Below are positions 16,709-24,000 of a stretch of DNA of 24,000 bases, piece by piece. Under the pieces are notes generated by a model. It ran no database searches. It was not told the DNA's origin and saw only the letters and a program-made list of their open reading frames with translations. The translations under genes and the position numbers were made by a program. Position 1 is the first letter of the stretch. Each line of letters opens with the position of its first letter. The stretch is from an uncultured bacterium (lineage in GTDB: Bacteria > Bacillota_I > Bacilli_A > RFN20 > CAG-826), in contig CASFQR010000003.1 in assembly GCA_949297275.1 (NCBI GenBank), positions 7,234 through 31,233 of the forward strand. Direction: 5' to 3'.

Positions 16709-17281
16709 ATGAAGACAGTTGAAGGTTGTTTAATTATTATGTCTGGACCTAGCGGAGTGGGTAAAGGGACAATTCGCAAAGCTTTAATGAATGATACCTC
16801 TTTAAATTTAGCTTACTCGATTTCGATGACGACTCGCCCTAAACGCAACGGCGAGATTAATGGCGTTGATTATTATTTTGTTAGTCACGAAGAGTTTGAA
16901 CAAAATATTCGCAAAGATAAATTGCTTGAATGGGCGGAATTTGTCGGCAATAAATATGGCACGCCCGCTAGAGAAGTTGAACGCTTACGAGCGTTAGGCA
17001 AAAATGTAATTTTAGAGATTGAGGTTAATGGGGCAAAACAAGTCATCGATAAATTTAAAGATGATCAAAAATTAATTACAATCTTTATTATTCCACCTTC
17101 TTTAGAAGAATTAGAAAACCGCATTCGCGCGCGTTCAACTGAAAGCAATGAGGTTATTGAAAAGCGTTTAAATAAAGCTCGTAATGAGATGAAATTAAAA
17201 AAACATTATCAATACATCATCTTAAATGATGACCCAAATCGGGCCGCGCTTGAGATAGCTAATATTATTAAAAATCATTAA
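16709..17281 (+). CDS. gmk: guanylate kinase
   Basis: P-loop SGPSGVGKGT, SMTTRPKR and EWAEFVGNKYGT motifs. Confidence 0.95.
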   Translation: MKTVEGCLIIMSGPSGVGKGTIRKALMNDTSLNLAYSISMTTRPKRNGEINGVDYYFVSHEEFEQNIRKDKLLEWAEFVGNKYGTPAREVERLRALGKNVILEIEVNGAKQVIDKFKDDQKLITIFIIPPSLEELENRIRARSTESNEVIEKRLNKARNEMKLKKHYQYIILNDDPNRAALEIANIIKNH

Positions 17282-17321
17282 ATTTTCTTTATTTATAGTA
17301 AGTGCAAAGCGATGAAAAATT

Positions 17322-17330
17322 TGTTAATAT
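17322..17330 (+). promoter_or_regulatory. extended -10 (TGtTAATAT) 6 nt before the priA ATG
   Basis: The sequence tgttaatat at 17322-17330 is followed by tttctt and then ATG at 17337, with no SD. Confidence 0.35.
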
Positions 17331-17336
17331 TTTCTT

Positions 17337-19532
17337 ATGAAAATAATTGATGTTTTAATTGAAAGAAAAGCTAATTCATTAAATCGTCCTTTTGCCTATT
17401 TATATGATGGGGAAAGAAATATTTCAGTTGGCTCGCGTGTGAATGTGAATTTTAATCATCATAATTTAGTTGGTTATGTGATTAAGGTTATGGACACTAA
17501 TCTAAGTAAAGATGAAATCGAAAAGAATTCCGGTTTTAAATACACTTATATTTTAGATGTGATAAATGAAGAGCCTTTATTAAATGAAGAATTGAATCTT
17601 TTAGCTAATGAGATGGCTGAATATTATCTATGTCCTCTAATTTCGATTTATCAAACAATGCTCCCATCGTCTTTAAAACCATCATCATCTTCTTTAAAAG
17701 GTCCAAAGATTTATTATGAAAAGTATGTGCATCTTCTTTCACCGCTCGAAGACGATTTAACACCTAAACAAATTGAAATTGTCAGAAATTTAAAAAATAG
17801 CGGTGATTTGCGATTAAAAGATGTCAAATCTCAGTCAATTATTAAGAATTTAGTGAATAAAAATCGTATTGAAATTATTAAAGTTGAAAAACCACGATTA
17901 GAAATAAAATATGAGGATTCTGCACCTGAAAAGGTTCTAACTCCCGATCAAAATCAAGCAATTAAATCAATTCTAGATAGTAAACAAAGCGTTACTTTGT
18001 TAGAAGGTGTGACTGGCTCGGGTAAGACAGAAATTTATCTAGCGCTTGTTAAAGAAATGCTTAACGCTAACAAAAATGTCATTATGCTTGTGCCAGAAAT
18101 TTCTTTAACTCCGATGATGATTAAAATGTTTACTTCGCGTTTTAAAGAAGATGTTGCAATTTTTCATAGTGATTTAACAAATGCTGAACGATATGATGAA
18201 TATCGACGAATTTCTAGCGGCAAGTGCCGGGTTGTTATTGGCGCTAGAAGCGCAGTCTTTGCCCCCTTAAATAATGTTGGCCTATTTATTTTAGATGAAG
18301 AACATGTTGAATCTTATAAACAAGATTCCTTACCTTTTTACCACGCTCGCGAAGTTGCTATAATGCGCGCAAAACATTTTGGGGCTAAGGTGCTTTTAGG
18401 AAGCGCGACCCCATCTTTAGAATCACGCGCTAGAGCAAGTAAAGGCGTCTATAATTTTGTTCGTTTAACTAAAAGAATTAATGAGAAAGCTTTACCAAAG
18501 ACTTCGATTATTGATTTAACTAACACAAATAATCTATCAAATGATTCGGTGATTTTTTCTCTTCCTTTAATTAAAGCTTTAAAAGAGATTTTTTCAAAAG
18601 GTGAACAAGCTATTTTATTAATCAATCGTCGCGGCTATTCTTCTTATTTAACTTGCCGCAATTGTGGTCATATTTTTAAGTGTCCAAATTGTGGTATAGG
18701 TTTAACATATCATCGCGCAAATAATTTATTAAAATGTCATCATTGTGGCCATGTGGAAATGGTGAGTGATAATTGCCCAAAATGTGGTTCAACCTACCTA
18801 AGTAAAATCGGTTTTGGGACCGAAAGAATTGTGGATGAAATGAATAAATTATTCCCACAAAAAAGAGTGCTTAGATTAGATAGCGATGTAAAAATGAATG
18901 TGAATAATTTAAATAAATCTTTAAGTCAATTTGCCTGTGGCGAATATGATTGTTTAGTTGGCACCCAAATGGTGGCAAAAGGCCATGATTTTCCTAATGT
19001 TACTTTGGTTGGTGTTATTTTAGCCGATATTGGCTTAGCCCTACCTTCTTTTAAAAGCGCGGAACGAACTTTTGAATTAATTACTCAGGCGATTGGTCGG
19101 GCAGGTAGAAGTGATAAAGAAGGCCAAGCGATTATCCAAACTTATAATAGCAGACACTATGCTTTAAACTATGCTGCTAAACAAGATTACGAAGCTTTCT
19201 ATTCTCAAGAGATGCGCATTCGTCAAGTGCAAAAATATCCTCCTTTCACTTATTTAACTGCGATCAAATTAGCTGCTAAAAATGAAGCTTTAGTTATTGA
19301 TTTTGCTTATCAATTATTTAATATTTTAGCTAAACAAAATTTTCCTGAAACTTATTTAGTTGGTCCAATAACACCATTTATTCCATTTTTTGGTGGGAAA
19401 TATCATCGTGAGATTGTAATTAAATATCGTAAAAAAGATAATTTATTTTCTTTTTTAAGCAAGATGCTCATCGAGATGCAAAAAAATTCGCAAATTGATA
19501 TACAATTTGATGTAGATACGCTAGACTTTTAA
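17337..19532 (+). CDS. priA: primosomal replication-restart helicase PriA
   Basis: Walker A GVTGSGKTE and a DEEH box. The Cys-rich zinc module is CRNCGHIFKCPNCGIGLTYH...KCHHCGH...CPKCGS. QAIGRAGR is motif VI. Confidence 0.95.
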   Translation: MKIIDVLIERKANSLNRPFAYLYDGERNISVGSRVNVNFNHHNLVGYVIKVMDTNLSKDEIEKNSGFKYTYILDVINEEPLLNEELNLLANEMAEYYLCPLISIYQTMLPSSLKPSSSSLKGPKIYYEKYVHLLSPLEDDLTPKQIEIVRNLKNSGDLRLKDVKSQSIIKNLVNKNRIEIIKVEKPRLEIKYEDSAPEKVLTPDQNQAIKSILDSKQSVTLLEGVTGSGKTEIYLALVKEMLNANKNVIMLVPEISLTPMMIKMFTSRFKEDVAIFHSDLTNAERYDEYRRISSGKCRVVIGARSAVFAPLNNVGLFILDEEHVESYKQDSLPFYHAREVAIMRAKHFGAKVLLGSATPSLESRARASKGVYNFVRLTKRINEKALPKTSIIDLTNTNNLSNDSVIFSLPLIKALKEIFSKGEQAILLINRRGYSSYLTCRNCGHIFKCPNCGIGLTYHRANNLLKCHHCGHVEMVSDNCPKCGSTYLSKIGFGTERIVDEMNKLFPQKRVLRLDSDVKMNVNNLNKSLSQFACGEYDCLVGTQMVAKGHDFPNVTLVGVILADIGLALPSFKSAERTFELITQAIGRAGRSDKEGQAIIQTYNSRHYALNYAAKQDYEAFYSQEMRIRQVQKYPPFTYLTAIKLAAKNEALVIDFAYQLFNILAKQNFPETYLVGPITPFIPFFGGKYHREIVIKYRKKDNLFSFLSKMLIEMQKNSQIDIQFDVDTLDF

Positions 19533-19545
19533 AGAGGTGAATAAA

Positions 19546-20019
19546 ATGATAACGATTTCAATTTATGGATTTGATCAATATGCTGTTGGTCATTATTCAA
19601 AAGAAAATACCAAAAATCTCGCACAATTATTTGAAACTAGTGAAGATAATATTCTCTTTTATGCTCCTAATGCTTATTTATTACATTATGGTATGGATCA
19701 AACATCATGGAATGCAATTGTAAAAATTAATGCTCCTAGTAAATACCAGGCTTTAGAAGCTAAAGTTGCTGATTATATTTTAAAAACCATCGTGATTTAT
19801 TGCATTAATGCCAGCGTGGAATTTTATTATTATGATGAGCGAAATCGCTATGAATTTATTAACAAAGAATATCCACGTTTTTTAAGCGAGGCTAATGTTG
19901 TTAATGTTGAGCACGAAGAAATTAATGAAGAAGAAATTTATCACGGCAATATCTTCGAAAATCTTGACGAGAAGATTGAAGAAGAAATTAATAGACGAAA
20001 CAAAAACAAAAACAACTAA
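19546..20019 (+). CDS. hypothetical small protein, possibly DUF1904/tautomerase-like, with an acidic C-terminal tail (157 aa from ATG 19546)
   Basis: SD AAGAGGTGA at 19532-19540 is 5 nt before ATG 19546; the track start at 19537 is a GTG inside the SD. The beta-alpha-beta-like pattern MITISIYGF...LAQLFE...ILFY resembles DUF1904 (from memory, unverified). The E/N-rich tail is EHEEINEEEIYHGNIFENLDEKIEEEINRR. Confidence 0.55.
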   Translation: MITISIYGFDQYAVGHYSKENTKNLAQLFETSEDNILFYAPNAYLLHYGMDQTSWNAIVKINAPSKYQALEAKVADYILKTIVIYCINASVEFYYYDERNRYEFINKEYPRFLSEANVVNVEHEEINEEEIYHGNIFENLDEKIEEEINRRNKNKNN

Positions 20020-20043
20020 TTTAGAAGATGGGAGAGTGATATT

Positions 20044-21303
20044 ATGGAAGAACTTTTAATTAGTCGAGATGTTTTAAAAGATATTTATGAAAATAATTAT
20101 AATTTTCATAAAGCGATTAAAAATCGCATACCTTATAATGCAAGTGATCATAATTTAGCAAATTTAGTGTCTTCGCTAGTCGGTTCTGAACTTAGGCATC
20201 ATCTTCTTTTTGTTGAATTAGTTAATGCTTACGCAAGTGATAATTCTCGCGATAATAAATATTTACTTTATTTAGCGATGGCTAACCACCATTTTACCCA
20301 TCGCCTGAATGGTGATGAAGTACTTACTTATTTAAAAAAGCAAGATATTATTGCCGATTATAGTGTTTTACTTAGTAAGACAAATGCTTATGATTTATTG
20401 CATTTAATCGCGCCTAATAACGATTCATTGGAATTTATTTCTTATCGTTTTAACACTCCGATTAACATCATTAAAATGTGGCAAAAGAATTTTCATGAAG
20501 GTCGTACTTTCCGCATTTTAAAGGCACTTTCAAAAGGCGAAAATAATTATATTAGAGTAAATAATTTATTAACAAATAGCGCTCAAGTGATTGCAGAAAG
20601 TAACAATAATCTTGAAACTACGGATGTCGAAAATTTATTGAAATCGAAAAATAATTCTTTCGCGACAATTAAGAAATTAATCGAAGAAAATAAAGTTTTT
20701 ACGACTAAATATATTTATAAATCTCTTCTTGATAAAATTATCGCTAGTTATGGACAAACAAATGAATTCTTTGTCTATAGTGAAAAAGATCAACATTTGT
20801 TAATGGAAGCTATTTTACAAACTAATCGTACTTTAGGGTTAAATGCTTGCTTAACTAATAAAGATGATAACGCGAGAATTTTAAGATTAATTCGCGTTAA
20901 TAAATTAAAAAATGTTAATTTCTTCAATTCTAGTAGCGACTCCTTACATGCCTATGTCACTAGTAAACAAGATTTGATTATTGCAATGCCTGAATCATCA
21001 TCATTTGATTTAATAAAATCGAATCCTGATTTCTTTGTTAATTTCGATAATAAAACCATCGATAAATGTATTAAACACCAACTAGAAGTCTTAGATAATC
21101 TCGATGAATATCTTGAAGATGGTGGTTATTTGGTTTATATGATTAATACGCTAAATAAGAAAGAAAGTTCCAATGTTATTGGTACTTTCCTAAGCAAACA
21201 CCCATCTTATGTTTATATTGAATCAAAACAGATTTTTCCTTTTGAAGATGCGGGTGCTTGTTTTTATTATTGCGTAATTAAAAAGAACGAGGAGAATGCT
21301 TAA
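20044..21303 (+). CDS. RsmB/Sun-family (NusB-like N-domain plus m5C RNA methyltransferase fold) homolog with degenerate catalytic motifs
   Basis: It occupies the RsmB position of the conserved priA...rlmN-prpC-prkC cluster. The N-terminal NusB-like pattern is NLANLVSSLVGSELRHHLLF...KYLLYLAMANHHF. The C-terminal region aligns by eye to RsmB motifs I, IV and VI, but the key residues are replaced (see findings). SD GGGAGAG is upstream. Confidence 0.75.
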   Translation: MEELLISRDVLKDIYENNYNFHKAIKNRIPYNASDHNLANLVSSLVGSELRHHLLFVELVNAYASDNSRDNKYLLYLAMANHHFTHRLNGDEVLTYLKKQDIIADYSVLLSKTNAYDLLHLIAPNNDSLEFISYRFNTPINIIKMWQKNFHEGRTFRILKALSKGENNYIRVNNLLTNSAQVIAESNNNLETTDVENLLKSKNNSFATIKKLIEENKVFTTKYIYKSLLDKIIASYGQTNEFFVYSEKDQHLLMEAILQTNRTLGLNACLTNKDDNARILRLIRVNKLKNVNFFNSSSDSLHAYVTSKQDLIIAMPESSSFDLIKSNPDFFVNFDNKTIDKCIKHQLEVLDNLDEYLEDGGYLVYMINTLNKKESSNVIGTFLSKHPSYVYIESKQIFPFEDAGACFYYCVIKKNEENA

Positions 21304-22345
21304 TCTATACGATTATACTTTAGATAAATTAACTCTTTTGATGGATGAATATCATCAAAAACCTTTTCGCGCGCGACAACTTTTTAGTTGGATTTACCAA
21401 AAAGAAATGACTGATTTTGATTTAATGAGTGATATTTCAAAAGAATTTCGCGAAATTTTAAAGAGAGATTTTACAATCATTAAGCCAAAAATAGTTGTTG
21501 ATGAACTTTCAAAAGACGGAACTAGAAAACTCCTTTTAGAATATCCTGATGGCGCGAAAATCGAAACTGCTTTGATGCCTTATAATTATGGGGATGCCAT
21601 ATGTATATCTAGTCAAGTGGGATGTAATATGGGATGTTCTTTTTGCGCTTCGGGTTTATTAAAAAAAGAGAGAAATCTCACTAGTGGGGAGATGGTTGCT
21701 CAAGTTATCACGATGAACGAATTATTAAAAAAAGAGGAGCGACATGTTAGCCATGTAGTTGTTATGGGGACGGGCGAGCCTTTTGATAATTATGAAAATG
21801 TTATGGATTTTATTCGCATTATTAATTCACCCTTTGCCTTAGCCATTGGAGCGCGTCATATCTCAGTATCAACTTGCGGTATTCCTAATAAAATTAGGCG
21901 ATATGCATTGGAGGGTCTTCAAACTAATCTAGCGATTTCATTGCACGCTCCTAATGATATAATTCGTCAACAAATTATGAAAATTGCACGAGCTTATCCT
22001 CTTAGTGAATTAATGGACGCCATCAAATATTATGAAAAAACTACTAATCGTCGCGTCACCTATGAATACATTATGATTAAAGGTGTTAATGATTCACTTA
22101 AATGTGCGGAAGAATTAGTCAAATTGGTGCAAGGTTCTTTAGGTTTTGTTAATCTTATTCCCTATAATAAAATCAAAGAGATGCCTTATGAACGCAGCGA
22201 TGAAAAAACCATCCATGTTTTTTATGAATATTTATTAAAACACCATGTTCGTCCAACCGTTAGAAAAGAATTTGGTAAAGATATTAACGCGAGTTGTGGT
22301 CAATTGCGAGCTAAAGAGATCCATAAAAATGAAGAAGAATTCTAA
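21296..22345 (+). CDS. rlmN: 23S rRNA/tRNA adenine-C2 methyltransferase RlmN (radical SAM)
   Basis: The CNMGCSFCASG motif is a CxxxCxxC cluster. It also has GTGEPFDN, STCGIP and a C-terminal SCGQL (methyl-carrier Cys). SD GAGGAG is upstream. Confidence 0.95.
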   Translation: MLNLYDYTLDKLTLLMDEYHQKPFRARQLFSWIYQKEMTDFDLMSDISKEFREILKRDFTIIKPKIVVDELSKDGTRKLLLEYPDGAKIETALMPYNYGDAICISSQVGCNMGCSFCASGLLKKERNLTSGEMVAQVITMNELLKKEERHVSHVVVMGTGEPFDNYENVMDFIRIINSPFALAIGARHISVSTCGIPNKIRRYALEGLQTNLAISLHAPNDIIRQQIMKIARAYPLSELMDAIKYYEKTTNRRVTYEYIMIKGVNDSLKCAEELVKLVQGSLGFVNLIPYNKIKEMPYERSDEKTIHVFYEYLLKHHVRPTVRKEFGKDINASCGQLRAKEIHKNEEEF

Positions 22346-23084
22346 AGGTTTATTTTTTGCAAAGATTGACCGTGGTCGCGTGCGAGTCACTAACGAAGAC
22401 CAGGCCGTTGCTCTCACCAATAGTAATGGTGATATTTTATTAGCGGTCTGCGATGGGATGGGTGGTCACCAAAAAGGTGATTATGCCTCGCGTTTAGCGA
22501 TTAATATGCTCCAAGAAGCCTTTCGTAATAAAAGATCTTTTAAATTCATCTTCCTAGCAAAACTCTGGTTAAGAAATGTCATTAATGAAATTAATAAGAC
22601 AATTTATAGTGAAGGTTTTAATAATGAAGATTATAAAGATATGGGAACAACTTTAATCTGTTGTCTTTTGATTAAAGAATCGCTTATTGTCGCGAATGTG
22701 GGCGATTCGCGAGCCTATAATGTTCGTTATGATTCATTAAAAAAACTTAGTGAAGATCAAACTTATGTAAATTATTTATACCGCACTGGACAAATTAGTG
22801 AAGAAGATATCAAAACGCGTCTTGATCGCCATGTTTTAATGAATGCGGTGGGCATTTGTCCGCATGTTGATGCCGATATTCGCGTTTATCCAAATATTGG
22901 TAATCCGGTATTACTTTGTTCCGATGGCTTATATAATAATATCTCGGAACGCGAAATCTTGATGATTTTAAAAAGTGATGACCGTATCGAAAGTAAGGTT
23001 GAAACTTTGATTAATGTCGCAAATAGTAACGGCGGCAGTGATAATATTGCCATCAGTTATTGGGAGAGAATAAATAATGATTAA
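22329..23084 (+). CDS. prpC: PP2C-family Ser/Thr protein phosphatase (251 aa from ATG 22329)
   Basis: It has RVTNEDQA, AVCDGMGGH and NGGSDNIA motifs. The track start at 22245 lies inside rlmN; ATG 22329 gives the canonical N-terminus and a 17-nt overlap with rlmN. Confidence 0.9.
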   Translation: MKKNSKGLFFAKIDRGRVRVTNEDQAVALTNSNGDILLAVCDGMGGHQKGDYASRLAINMLQEAFRNKRSFKFIFLAKLWLRNVINEINKTIYSEGFNNEDYKDMGTTLICCLLIKESLIVANVGDSRAYNVRYDSLKKLSEDQTYVNYLYRTGQISEEDIKTRLDRHVLMNAVGICPHVDADIRVYPNIGNPVLLCSDGLYNNISEREILMILKSDDRIESKVETLINVANSNGGSDNIAISYWERINND

Positions 23085-23955
23085 GATCGGGGATCGTATT
23101 GATAATCGTTATCGAATTACTGGACGAATTGGCACTGGTGGCATGGCTGAGGTTTTTGAGGCTAATGATGTCGTTGCTAAAAAGCGCGTCGCAGTTAAAA
23201 TTATGCGTTCTGAGCTATTAGATGACCATGAAAATGTCGTGCGTTTTAAGCACGAAGCAAGCGCCTGTGCTTCTATGGATCATCCCAATATCATCAAAGT
23301 CTATTATCAAGGCATGGTCGATGATCGCCCTTATATGGTCTATGAATATATCCGCGGTCAAACCTTATATGAAAAAATTGAATTTAATACCCAGTTACCA
23401 ATTCATGAATCTTGTCAAATTATGCTGCAATTACTTGATGCTGTTAGTTACATTCATAATCACGGCATTATTCACCGCGATATTAAACCGCAAAATATCT
23501 TTTATTTACCTGATGGTTCAATCAAATTAGCGGACTTTGGCATTTCGGTTGATGCGAATATTTCTGAAACAATTTCGGAAAAAGGTATCATGGGTAGTGT
23601 CTTTTATTTGGCCCCGGAAATTTGTCAAGGTAAACCCCCAACTATTCAATCTGATATTTATTCTTTGGGAATAACTTTCTTTGAATTAATCACTGGTCGC
23701 TTACCTTATGAAGAAGGTCGCGCGGTTGATATTGCTTTATCGCAAATTAAAAAACCTTTCCCAAGTGTAACAAAATTTAGCCCGAATGTTCCTAAGGAAA
23801 TTGACCGCATCATTTTAAAAGCTTGTAAGAAAAATCCTCGCGATCGTTATGTCAATGCCTTAGAAATGTATAACGCTATCAAACGCGCGATGGATGCGCA
23901 TGATAATTATGTCGAAAAGAAAGGCTTCTTTAGAAAATTGTTTGGTTTTAAATAA
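23077..23955 (+). CDS. prkC: Hanks-type Ser/Thr protein kinase, kinase domain only (292 aa, no TM segment, no PASTA repeats)
   Basis: It has a G-loop GTGGMAEV, VAVKIM Lys, HRDIKPQN, DFG and APE. It overlaps the phosphatase gene by 8 nt. It ends ...VEKKGFFRKLFGFK. Confidence 0.9.
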   Translation: MIKIGDRIDNRYRITGRIGTGGMAEVFEANDVVAKKRVAVKIMRSELLDDHENVVRFKHEASACASMDHPNIIKVYYQGMVDDRPYMVYEYIRGQTLYEKIEFNTQLPIHESCQIMLQLLDAVSYIHNHGIIHRDIKPQNIFYLPDGSIKLADFGISVDANISETISEKGIMGSVFYLAPEICQGKPPTIQSDIYSLGITFFELITGRLPYEEGRAVDIALSQIKKPFPSVTKFSPNVPKEIDRIILKACKKNPRDRYVNALEMYNAIKRAMDAHDNYVEKKGFFRKLFGFK

Positions 23956-24000
23956 TGATGAAAAGATTAATTGCTAAGAATCATAATCGCTTGTTATTCA
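23955..24000 (+). CDS. 5' end of a downstream ORF (MMKRLIAKNHNRLLF...), truncated by the window edge
   Basis: Its ATG overlaps the prkC stop (TAATG). In Firmicutes rsgA usually follows prkC, but 15 residues are too few to identify it. Confidence 0.3.
   Translation, partial: MMKRLIAKNHNRLLF

Noticed and set aside
17282-20043. Absence of rpoZ/coaBC between gmk and priA, and of def/fmt between priA and the RsmB-like gene, as evidence of gene loss
   Set aside because: Absence from one window says nothing about the rest of the genome. The 55-bp gmk-priA gap simply cannot hold a gene. This is noted only as a synteny difference.
22245-22328. 28-codon upstream extension of the PP2C phosphatase ORF
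   Set aside because: It lies wholly inside rlmN in another frame. ATG 22329 gives the canonical PP2C N-terminus.

Overview
This is a low-GC, almost gap-free chromosomal segment of Mollicutes/Firmicutes type, and nearly all of it is core housekeeping. The standard genetic code applies: no conserved gene has an in-frame TGA, Trp is always TGG, and TGA serves as a stop at 11852 and 13965. This, together with a PPi-type PFK, a full F1Fo operon and a PASTA-less Ser/Thr kinase, fits an Acholeplasma-like wall-less lineage; that assignment is inference.

Gene order:
- an orphan helical protein, then a long Udk-family kinase on the minus strand
- a 444-bp repeat-bearing intergenic region
- one co-directional block pncA-pfp-atpIBEFHAGDC (3306-11770)
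- a thioredoxin-fold lipoprotein (minus), ppa, surE and a choline-kinase-like gene (minus), trmL, a compact rqcH-like gene (minus)
- gmk-priA-(DUF1904-like)-(RsmB-like)-rlmN-prpC-prkC, matching the B. subtilis ylo region

I found no tRNA, rRNA, CRISPR array, transposase, phage gene or recognisable defence island, and I do not claim a new multi-gene system.

Observations most worth a second look:
1. A tandem 66-bp repeat carrying seven TGAAGT motifs upstream of the pncA-pfp-atp block.
2. An ATP synthase c subunit with an E...ET two-carboxylate, Na+-type ion-site signature.
3. A full-length RsmB homolog that has lost both catalytic cysteines and the SAM loop.
4. A kinase-domain-only PrkC ending in a MinD-like amphipathic membrane-targeting tail.
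5. A recurrent TATAAT-N7-ATG arrangement at SD-less operon-leading genes, suggesting leaderless mRNAs, including overlapping divergent promoters.
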